Positions 10,909 through 18,467 of a stretch of DNA of 64,000 bases are shown here, in pieces. The position numbers and the translations under genes are program-made. The first letter of the stretch is position 1; each line of letters begins with the position of its first letter. The stretch comes from an uncultured delta proteobacterium (GTDB lineage: Bacteria; Myxococcota; Myxococcia; Myxococcales; Anaeromyxobacteraceae). Where the stretch lies: positions 96,001 through 160,000 of the forward strand of contig CAWFDF010000010.1 of assembly GCA_963814585.1 (NCBI GenBank). Reading direction: 5' to 3'. The notes under the pieces were generated by a model. The model was not told the origin of the DNA, searched no databases, and saw only the letters and a program-made list of their open reading frames with translations.

Positions 10909-12011
10909 GGGCAAAGGCCCCGGGCTTCGCCGCCTGCCGCGTACCGCCCTACCGTTCGTTCACCGAACGCCTGCCTCTCGGCCAGCCGGTTGTGACGATG
11001 GCAGACGACACGGAGGTTGGCGACCGTGCTCTCGCCGCCCCTGGCCCACGGCACGACGTGGTCGAGCTCCAGCCTGTGCGTCGAGCCGCAGCAGCCGCCT
11101 GAGTCGAGCGGCCAGCTGCAGCGGTCGGCGTCGCGCGCCCAGACGGCGCGCTGGACGGCGGCGGGGATGGATTCGCGGGGACCGGTGCGACGGTGGAGGT
11201 GCGGCTCGAGGCCCGGAGCGGGCCCTGGCGGCTGCTTCGAGCCGGCGGCCGGACCGAGGGACCCGGGCGTGGCCTCGGCGCCCACGGCCGCGCGCGGGCA
11301 CTTCACCTGGGCGCGGGCCCTGGCCTGCTTCTCGAGGAGCAGGTCGAGCGCCGCTTCGAGCACCTGTTCCATCGTCGCGCCGGGGATGGCGTGGCCGAGT
11401 CCCGACCGCGCCGCCTCGAGCTTCTTCAGGACCCGCCGCGAGACGGTGATATGGAGCCGGCGCAGTTCGGCGGTGAGAGGTTCGGTCTCATCACGCGGAG
11501 CGTGCGTACGTTCGCCTCCCCCATTCGCGAAGTCTGACGTCAGAACTCGCGAAAGAGGGGCCTCGGTCGGGTGCGTGTCGGTCAGCGGTGCGGACTCGGG
11601 CGCGAACGCTGTCGGGGACGCCAACGTGAGCAAGGGATGAGTGATGGCGGTCGGCGACGCCACCGACTGGTCCTGCACCCGGGTCACCACCATCCTCGTG
11701 CTTGGAACCGGGCGCGGCTGGAGCTCGGCGACCAGCTCCTGGGACTCGCGGGCCGAGCGGCCGAAGAAGCGGGGAGCCACGACGGTGAGGTTCTCCCTGG
11801 TCAGCACCTTGGCCAGCTCGGCGACGGTCGAGAGGCAGAGCCGGCCATCGCGGAGCGGCTCGATCACCTCGGGGAAGTCCTGGAGCAGCTCGGCGGCGCT
11901 CCTCCGGTAGAAGGCCGCGCTCTTCGAGAGCTGCAGCTCGACGTGCAGGAAGGCGAACAGGTTGGCGTGCCCGAGCGGCTCCCAGCCGCGGCGGCGGTCG
12001 AAGTCGGCCAT
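10803..12011 (-). CDS. HNH endonuclease with DUF222-like N-terminal region, apparently degraded at the 5' end
   Basis: C-terminal [34 protein letters not shown]-terminal FDRRRGW..LGH.NLF.FLH..L.LSKSAA.YR; more A/T-ending codons than its neighbours. Confidence 0.75.
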   Translation of the reverse strand: MADFDRRRGWEPLGHANLFAFLHVELQLSKSAAFYRRSAAELLQDFPEVIEPLRDGRLCLSTVAELAKVLTRENLTVVAPRFFGRSARESQELVAELQPRPVPSTRMVVTRVQDQSVASPTAITHPLLTLASPTAFAPESAPLTDTHPTEAPLSRVLTSDFANGGGERTHAPRDETEPLTAELRRLHITVSRRVLKKLEAARSGLGHAIPGATMEQVLEAALDLLLEKQARARAQVKCPRAAVGAEATPGSLGPAAGSKQPPGPAPGLEPHLHRRTGPRESIPAAVQRAVWARDADRCSWPLDSGGCCGSTHRLELDHVVPWARGGESTVANLRVVCHRHNRLAERQAFGERTVGRYAAGGEARGLCPHRPAESISSPAGPRSSTTSGIRPAACVEQERHGS

Positions 12012-12267
12012 GGCCGCCTGTTCGGTGCGGAGCAGGGACGGCCATTTCCAGGGGCTGCGGGGGCGCCCCGTGATCGGCGCTCGCGTCCCGGGTCCTCAAG
12101 ACTCAGGCGAGAAAGCCTTTCGAGATCTCGCGAAGGTGGTCGCGAATCCTCGAATGCGGCGCATGGAGCTCGCCAGCCTTGAATGTCGGGCCCGACATCC
12201 GGGTCCCATGACGGGGGTCGCGGTGACTCGGCTCCACGGGTTCAACGGCCCACCAGCCGAGCTCGCG

Positions 12268-12669
12268 TCAAGGCGCGATGAGAGTCAGCCGCGGGAAGTA
12301 GGTCCGGTACCGAGCGGCGTCCCTGGTGAGCAGCTGGTGGCCCGCCACCGCCGCGTGCGCGCCGATGTAGAAGTCCGGCAGCGGCACCGCTCTCCGCCCA
12401 CCCCGCCTCCGATAGGACAGGAAGCTCTTCCCTCCCAGGAACGCGGCTTCATACGGGAGCGGGTCACGCCGGTAGATCTCCGGGGGCAGCGCCTCCTCGA
12501 GGTCCTCGACGCGGAGGAAGCCGACCGAGACCTCGGCGAAGACGATCGGGTTGATGACGAGGACCGACCGGTCGGCAGCGCGGGCCAGCGCCCGAGCCGA
12601 CCACTCGCCCCAGGTGGGATCCTCCGTGGCCACGTCGAGGATGACGTTGCTGTCGACGAGGACGGCCAT
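12268..12669 (-). CDS. vapC: PIN-domain toxin (VapC family)
   Basis: VLVDSNVILD, NPIVFAE, LPDFYIGAHA, LLTRD..RYRTYFP; ATG overlaps the antitoxin stop (TGATG). Confidence 0.92.
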   Translation of the reverse strand: MAVLVDSNVILDVATEDPTWGEWSARALARAADRSVLVINPIVFAEVSVGFLRVEDLEEALPPEIYRRDPLPYEAAFLGGKSFLSYRRRGGRRAVPLPDFYIGAHAAVAGHQLLTRDAARYRTYFPRLTLIAP

Positions 12670-12902
12670 CAGCCCCGCCGGGTCAGCGCCATGATCTCGT
12701 CGGTGCTCATGCGAACCGTCGCCTGACCGCGAAGCCGTCCCACCGCGGCGGCGCCCCGTCCCGAGGCGCGCGCCGCCCTGGCCCGCCGGAGGTGCACTCC
12801 CTTGGCGTCCAGCTCGAACTCCACCTCGGTGTGGGGCAAAAGACCGGCCTTCTCCCTGATCTCCACGGGGATGGTCACCTGGCCCTTGGTCGTCACGCGC
12901 AT
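12669..12902 (-). CDS. vapB: AbrB/MazE-type antitoxin (VapB)
   Basis: MRVTTKGQVTIP.EIRE..GL...TEVEF...MSTDEIMALTR; AAGGAGG 5 nt upstream of ATG 12902. Confidence 0.9.
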   Translation of the reverse strand: MRVTTKGQVTIPVEIREKAGLLPHTEVEFELDAKGVHLRRARAARASGRGAAAVGRLRGQATVRMSTDEIMALTRRG

Positions 12903-12920
12903 GGGCGCCTCCTTCATCTC

Positions 12921-12944
12921 TTACTTGTAGGAGTAATACTACTC
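12921..12944. promoter_or_regulatory. Probable vapBC autoregulatory operator (overlapping AT-rich inverted repeats)
   Basis: TTACT-N6-AGTAA (12921-12936) and GAGTA-N4-TACTC (12931-12944) just upstream of the antitoxin RBS. Confidence 0.5.
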
Positions 12945-13078
12945 GGAGGTCGAGGCAAGGGGGAGGTGCGCGGCCCCCTGCGCCTCGACGTTGGGGACAC
13001 ATCCGCCGACCCTCGCCTGGCCTGGACCCGCCGCTGCCTGCCAGAGGGCGCCGGAGGGATCGAGCCATTCGGGCGGCG

Positions 13079-14071
13079 TCAGCCGGTCCCGGGCACCAGC
13101 ACCGCGGCGCCGGAGAGGGCCCCGCGCCGGAGCGCGTCGAGGGCGGCGTTGGCCTGGCGCAGCGGGAAGGTGGTGACCGTGGTGCGCAGCGGCACGGTCG
13201 GCGCCAGCGCCAGCAGCGCCTCGCCGTCGGCCCGGGTCAGGTTGGCCACCGAGCGCACCACCCGCTCCCCCCAGAGCAGCGCGTAGGGGAAGGACGGGAT
13301 GTCGGACATGTGGATGCCGCCGCAGACCACGGTGCCGCCCGGCCCGACGGCGCGGAGCGCGGCCGGCACCAGGGCGCCGACCGGCGCGAAGAGGATGGCG
13401 GCGTCGAGCGGGGCGGGCGGGAGGGCGTCGGAGGGGCCGGCCCAGGCGGCGCCGAGCTCCCGGGCGAAGCGCTCGGCCGCGGCGTCGCCCGGCCGCACGA
13501 AGGCGAGGACCTCCTGGCCGGCGGAGCGCGCCAGCTGGGCCACCAGGTGGCCTGCCGCGCCGAAGCCATAGAGGCCGAGCCGCGGTGCCTGGCCGGCCAT
13601 TCGCCAGGCCCGGTAGCCGATGAGCCCGGCGCAGAGGAGCGGCGCGGTGGAGACCGGGTCCACGCCGGGCGGCAGCCGGAAGGCGTAGCGGGCGTCGGCC
13701 ACCGCGAGCTCGGCGAAGCCTCCGTCGCGGTGGTAGCCGGTGAAGCGGGCCGACGGGCAGAGGTTCTCCCGCCCGGAGCGGCAGAAGGCGCACCGGCCGC
13801 AGGTCCAGCCCAGCCAGGGCACGCCGACGCGGTCGCCCGGCTGGAGCCCGGAGACGTTGGCCCCTGTACGGACCACCTCGCCCACGATCTCGTGGCCCGG
13901 GACCACCGGGTGGCCGAGCGGTGGCAGCTCGCCGTCGGCGACGTGCAGGTCGGTCCGGCAGACGCCGCAGGCGAGGACGCGCAGCAGCACGTCGTCGGGG
14001 CCGGGCTCGGGGACCGGCCGCTCCCGCTCGACGAGGGGCGCGCCGGGGCGCTCCACCACCATGGCCAGCAT
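13079..14071 (-). CDS. Zinc-dependent alcohol dehydrogenase family protein
   Basis: CGVCRTDLH, GHEIVG, CGRC.FC..G.ENLC, PLLCAG, GLYGFGAA. Confidence 0.95.
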   Translation of the reverse strand: MLAMVVERPGAPLVERERPVPEPGPDDVLLRVLACGVCRTDLHVADGELPPLGHPVVPGHEIVGEVVRTGANVSGLQPGDRVGVPWLGWTCGRCAFCRSGRENLCPSARFTGYHRDGGFAELAVADARYAFRLPPGVDPVSTAPLLCAGLIGYRAWRMAGQAPRLGLYGFGAAGHLVAQLARSAGQEVLAFVRPGDAAAERFARELGAAWAGPSDALPPAPLDAAILFAPVGALVPAALRAVGPGGTVVCGGIHMSDIPSFPYALLWGERVVRSVANLTRADGEALLALAPTVPLRTTVTTFPLRQANAALDALRRGALSGAAVLVPGTG

Positions 14072-14248
14072 GCGGTGCCCTCCTTGCGTCTCGGGACTCT
14101 ACCCGAGCCGCCGGAGGGAGGCGTCAAGGCCCAGCGGCCGCACCAGGCAAGAACGCGGGTCGGTCGCCTCGACACGATCGAGGCAGCCGACCCGCGTGAC
14201 CAGGACCGCTGCACCCACCCCCGGGGCGGCGGAATCCGGGATTCTCGT

Positions 14249-14422
14249 CTAGGTGCGCAGCTCGGCGGCGGCCGGGGCGGCGGGGCTGGAGGCGCCCCGG
14301 TTCACGTCGACGATGAAGGCGGTGACGATGAAGGCGCAGAGGGCGGCGAGGAAGACGGCGCGGGCGGTGGAGAGGCCAGAGCGGACGGTGAAGTGCGGGT
14401 TGCTGGAAGTCGAGGTCGTCAT
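14249..14422 (-). CDS. Small (57 aa) single-pass membrane protein, absent from the ORF track
   Basis: Hand translation MTTSTSSNPHFTVRSGLSTARAVFLAALCAFIVTAFIVDVNRGASSPAAPAAAELRT*; host-like codons; AAAGGGA upstream of ATG. Confidence 0.65.
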   Translation of the reverse strand: MTTSTSSNPHFTVRSGLSTARAVFLAALCAFIVTAFIVDVNRGASSPAAPAAAELRT

Positions 14423-14454
14423 GGCGGTTCCCTTTCGAGGTCGGTGGCGCTTCG

Positions 14455-17133
14455 GTGTCGCGCCTTCTGACCTGTGGACAAGGGGCCCTGCTGGATTTGA
14501 CGCGGCCGCCGTCGAATCCAGGCATCGCGAGTGATGACAGGAGCTTGCGAGGTCGGGACTGCCGAGCTCGCCGCTGTCCGGCCGCCGGATCGACGGCGCA
14601 GCGGCGCTTCGCCGAGGCGGAGGCGGAGGCGGGGGCGAGGCTGGCGCACCCGAACATCGTCCACCTCTACGACCTGGGGCGGGTGGAGCAGGGCGCGTAC
14701 CTGATCATGGAGCTGCTGCACGGCACCACGCTGGCGGAGCGGCTGGCGCAGGGGCCGCTGCCGCTGCGGGAGGCGGTGCGGGTGGCGGTGGAGATCACGC
14801 GGGGGGTGGCCCATGCCCACGCCCGCGGGGTGGTCCACCGGGACCTGAAGCCGTCGAACGTGTTCGCCTGCGAGGACGGGCAGGTGAAGGTGCTGGACTT
14901 CGGCCTGGCCAGCGTGCTGGGGCGGGGGAGCGTGTCGGGGGGGACGCCGGCGTACATGGCGCCGGAGCAGGGGCGGGGCGAGGCGGGGGACGAGCGGACC
15001 GACGTCTACAGCCTGGGGGTGATGATCGCGGAGCTGACCGCCGGGCTCCATCCGCCGCAGGCGCTGCAGCGGCTCGTGGCGCGGATGAGGCAGGAGGACC
15101 CGGCGGGCCGGCCGATCCACGCCGGCCAGGTGCTGGCCGAGCTCACGGCGATCCAGAAGTCGCTGGAGCCGCGGCGGTGGCTCTGGGCCAGCGCCGGCGT
15201 GGCGGCGGCGGCACTCATCGGCGCCGGGATCTTCGCCTGGCTCTGGCAGCGGCCGCTGCCGGAAGGGCGGCTGCTGACCGCGATCGCCGACACCGACAAC
15301 CAGACGGGGGACCCGGACCTGGACCCAATGGCGGAGCTGCTGCGGGCCGGCCTGGAGCAGTCGCGGCGTGTGTCGGTGATGGCCCGCTCGCACCTCGCCA
15401 CCATCGTGGAGGCGACCGGTGCCGAGCCGCCGGCCGTCTTCGGCGAGGCCGAGACGGCGAAGGCCGCCGGGGCCGCCGGGGCGGCGCTGCTCATCGTGCC
15501 GTCGGTCAGGCCCAAGGACTCCGGCTACGAGCTCCAGGTGCGGGCGGTGGACCTGACGCGCCACCAGGACTGGCTGGTGGTCCGTGACACCGCCTGGGCC
15601 AAGGCCACCGTGCCGGCCGCGATCGACCGGCTCGTGCTCAAGGTCCGGAGGGCGCTCCGGGAGGAGCCGGGACAGGCGCCGAAGAGGACCGTCGCCGTCG
15701 GGGAGGCCATGTCGGCCAACCCCGAGGCACTCCGGCTCTTCCAGGAAGCGAAACGTTTCAGGGAAGAGGCGATCCGGACCGGCAAGGGCATCGAGGGCAT
15801 CAAGCCCGCCCTAGCCGCCTTGCGCCGCGCCGTCGAGGTCGATCCAAGCTTCCTCCGGGCGCGGCTGAGGCTCCTCGAAGGGCCATACTTAGGAAGGATC
15901 ACCTCTGCCGAGCAGGAAGATCACAGGAAGGTGATCCGCGAGGGGCTCCATCGGCTTCCGGAGACGGAGCGTCCCTGGGCCGAGTTCAAGCTGCTCCCGG
16001 CCCCGTGGGCAACGGAGAACCTGGTGCAGTCGCAGCAGCTCCTGGAGCGCGCCATCGAGGCCAGGCCCGAACACCCTCGCCCCTACGCCTTGCTGGCCCA
16101 GATGGTGCTCGTCAACCAGGCCGACCTCGAGGCGGCGCGCCCCCTCATCGAGAAGGCGCTGGCACTGGGCGCGGCGGACGAAGGAAGTGCCGTCCGCTGG
16201 TTGCTGGACCTGGAGCGCGGCGACGAGGCCCTGGCGCGGGCCCGGAGGTGGGTGGAGCGGGAGCCGGGCCGGTGGGAGCCTTTCGTCGCGCTGGCCGACG
16301 CCCTCCGGTACCGGGGCGAGTGGCGTGGGGCCCTGGAGGCCCACCGGCGCGCCCAGGTCCTCGACCCAATCGCCCTCTGGACGTTCAGCTACGCGGATGC
16401 CGACGCATGGGACGAGCTCGAGGCCGAGTCGTGCGCGGCCGGCCGCCCCTGCAACACCCGCCCCGACCTGCTCGCCGAACGGGGCCGCTTCCGCGAGGCG
16501 CTGGCCGCCTACGACGCCGAGAATCCGCCAGGTGTCGGGGACGATCTGCGCGGGACCTGGGTGTGGCGGTTCGACCTGCTCTTCCCGCTCGAGGATTCCG
16601 AGCTGCTCCTCGAGGACATGGAGTGGGCGGTGCGGCGCGGCATCACCTTCTTCACCAACCACGCCCTGGGGCTGGCGCTCCTCGGTGACGCCACGCGGGC
16701 CGAGCGGATGGGGAGCGCCTACGCCCGGGTCCTCCTGTCCTTCGACCGGATGCGGCGGGCGACCATCACCTGGAAGCAGGGTGATCGCGAGGCGGCGCTG
16801 CGCGCCTTCGCGGCGATCCACCTGCCCTCCACCCACGTCCTCCGCGGCGAGATCCTCCTGGAGCTGGGGCGCCACCGCGAGGCGGTCGAGGAGCTCCGGA
16901 CTTACCACCGCGTCAGGTACGACCAGGTCCAGGAACTTCCCTACTGCTGGGTCTACCCGCAGAGCCTCTACCTGGAGGCCGCCGCCCTGGAGAAGCTCGG
17001 CGAGCGGGACGAGGCGCGCCACGTCCTGGGGCGGCTCCTGCGGCTCTGGAAGAAGGCCGACCCCACGCTGCCGCTCCTCCAGCGGGCGAAGAAGCTGGAG
17101 GCGAAGCTCGCCGTGGCTGATGGCCCGAGGTGA
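14455..17133 (+). CDS. Ser/Thr kinase-like domain + transmembrane segment + TPR-like helical region; kinase N-lobe missing, true start uncertain
   Basis: HPNIV, HRDLKPSN, DFGLA, GTPAYMAPE, DVYSLG present; no GxGxxG or VAxK upstream; hydrophobic WLWASAGVAAAALIGAGIFAWLW. Confidence 0.8.
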   Translation: MSRLLTCGQGALLDLTRPPSNPGIASDDRSLRGRDCRARRCPAAGSTAQRRFAEAEAEAGARLAHPNIVHLYDLGRVEQGAYLIMELLHGTTLAERLAQGPLPLREAVRVAVEITRGVAHAHARGVVHRDLKPSNVFACEDGQVKVLDFGLASVLGRGSVSGGTPAYMAPEQGRGEAGDERTDVYSLGVMIAELTAGLHPPQALQRLVARMRQEDPAGRPIHAGQVLAELTAIQKSLEPRRWLWASAGVAAAALIGAGIFAWLWQRPLPEGRLLTAIADTDNQTGDPDLDPMAELLRAGLEQSRRVSVMARSHLATIVEATGAEPPAVFGEAETAKAAGAAGAALLIVPSVRPKDSGYELQVRAVDLTRHQDWLVVRDTAWAKATVPAAIDRLVLKVRRALREEPGQAPKRTVAVGEAMSANPEALRLFQEAKRFREEAIRTGKGIEGIKPALAALRRAVEVDPSFLRARLRLLEGPYLGRITSAEQEDHRKVIREGLHRLPETERPWAEFKLLPAPWATENLVQSQQLLERAIEARPEHPRPYALLAQMVLVNQADLEAARPLIEKALALGAADEGSAVRWLLDLERGDEALARARRWVEREPGRWEPFVALADALRYRGEWRGALEAHRRAQVLDPIALWTFSYADADAWDELEAESCAAGRPCNTRPDLLAERGRFREALAAYDAENPPGVGDDLRGTWVWRFDLLFPLEDSELLLEDMEWAVRRGITFFTNHALGLALLGDATRAERMGSAYARVLLSFDRMRRATITWKQGDREAALRAFAAIHLPSTHVLRGEILLELGRHREAVEELRTYHRVRYDQVQELPYCWVYPQSLYLEAAALEKLGERDEARHVLGRLLRLWKKADPTLPLLQRAKKLEAKLAVADGPR

Positions 17134-17154
17134 CGGGCGGCGGGCGTAGCCAGC

Positions 17155-17730
17155 TCAGCCCAGCAGGCCCCGCGCGCGGGCCAGCTCGCCGAGCTTGGCC
17201 TTGACCCGCTCGAACCGCTTCATGAGCGTGGCCGGGTCGACCGGCTTCCCGTCGGCGGCCATCACCTCGGCCACCTCGTTCCAGGAGAGCTGCTGGTCGA
17301 GGCGCAGCACCAGCAGCGACCGGTCGTCCTCGGAGAGGGCGGCGCGCAGCTCCTCGAGCGCCTGCCGCTGCCGCTCCACCACCACCACCGACTTGGTCTG
17401 GATCGACATGGCCAGCGCCGAGGCCTGCCCGGTGGCCAGCCGCTGCCCGCGCCGGCGCCAGGCCTCGTTGCGCAGGTTCTGGGCGGCGTTCCAGGCCAGC
17501 CGGTAGCCCCAGGTCTTCAGCGAGGACTCGCCGCGGAAGGAGGCCAGCCCGGTCCAGACGTTCTCCGACCACTGCGAGAAGGCGTCGGCGGCGTCCTCCT
17601 CCACGCGCAGCATCGAGCGCAGGTAGCGCAGGATGGCCGGGCCGAGCGCCTCGATGAGCGCGGTGGCGGCGCCGTCGGGGCCGCCGGCGGCCAGGCGCTC
17701 GCGGACGAGCCTGTCGAGCTCCTCGGCCAC
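17155..17730 (-). CDS. ECF-type sigma-70 factor
   Basis: DAADAFS..VW.GLASFRGESSLKTWGYRLAWN (region 2); LSEDDRSLLVLR..QLSWNEVAEVM (region 4); GTG start. Confidence 0.88.
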   Translation of the reverse strand: MAEELDRLVRERLAAGGPDGAATALIEALGPAILRYLRSMLRVEEDAADAFSQWSENVWTGLASFRGESSLKTWGYRLAWNAAQNLRNEAWRRRGQRLATGQASALAMSIQTKSVVVVERQRQALEELRAALSEDDRSLLVLRLDQQLSWNEVAEVMAADGKPVDPATLMKRFERVKAKLGELARARGLLG

Positions 17731-17731
17731 C

Positions 17732-18325
17732 CTACTTCCCCTCCGCCCGACGCCACTCGACCAGCCAGCTGGCGTCCGGCGACTTGGCATCGCGCGGCTC
17801 GAGGGTGACGGTGCCGGTGTAGCTGGAGACCTCGAAGGCCCCGGCCAGCGTGCCGCAGACGGCGGCCAGGTAGGCCGGGCAGAGCATGGCCGGCGCCAGC
17901 CCCCGACCCACCAGGCGGGTCTGGCCAGGGGCCGGCTGCGACACCACGAACTCACCGCAGCCGCGGTAGGTGGTGGCCCAGCCCTGCGGGAAGGTCTTGA
18001 ACATCAGCGTCGGGGAGGGGGCCACCAGCCGGGTCAGGCCAACCAGGAGCGGCTTGAAGAAGCCCTCGAGCGAGGCCACGAACGAGGCGGTGCCCCAGCG
18101 CCGGCTGCCGGCCTCGCCGGCCACCCGGTGGACCGCCTCGGCCAGCTCGATGTTGAGGGCCAGCGGCAGGTGGCCGGTCCGCACCGACTCCTCGATGGTC
18201 TTCACCGACGCCGGGTCGAGCAGGGCGCGGACGCGGGCCTCGTTCACCGCGCCGAGCGCGGACAGCGACCGGAGGTCGTCGAGGAGGTGGCTGACGCGGA
18301 CGGCGGGTGCGGGGGGCGGGGCCAT
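17732..18325 (-). CDS. Hypothetical protein, possibly DUF2378-like myxobacterial ligand-binding fold
   Basis: Codon-biased ORF ending ..ASWLVEW; directly upstream of the ECF gene; family assignment tentative. Confidence 0.6.
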   Translation of the reverse strand: MAPPPAPAVRVSHLLDDLRSLSALGAVNEARVRALLDPASVKTIEESVRTGHLPLALNIELAEAVHRVAGEAGSRRWGTASFVASLEGFFKPLLVGLTRLVAPSPTLMFKTFPQGWATTYRGCGEFVVSQPAPGQTRLVGRGLAPAMLCPAYLAAVCGTLAGAFEVSSYTGTVTLEPRDAKSPDASWLVEWRRAEGK

Positions 18326-18467
18326 GTGGCGGAGAGCTTCGCCGACCGGGAGCGGGCCTGTCGAGGGGGCGGCCACGAGATCGCTGGGCGTGTGAGGAGC
18401 CCTGGCGGGAACCGCCGGCGGCCGCGAAGCGGCGGAGCGGCACGTCGGGTGGTAGCATTCCCAGGTC

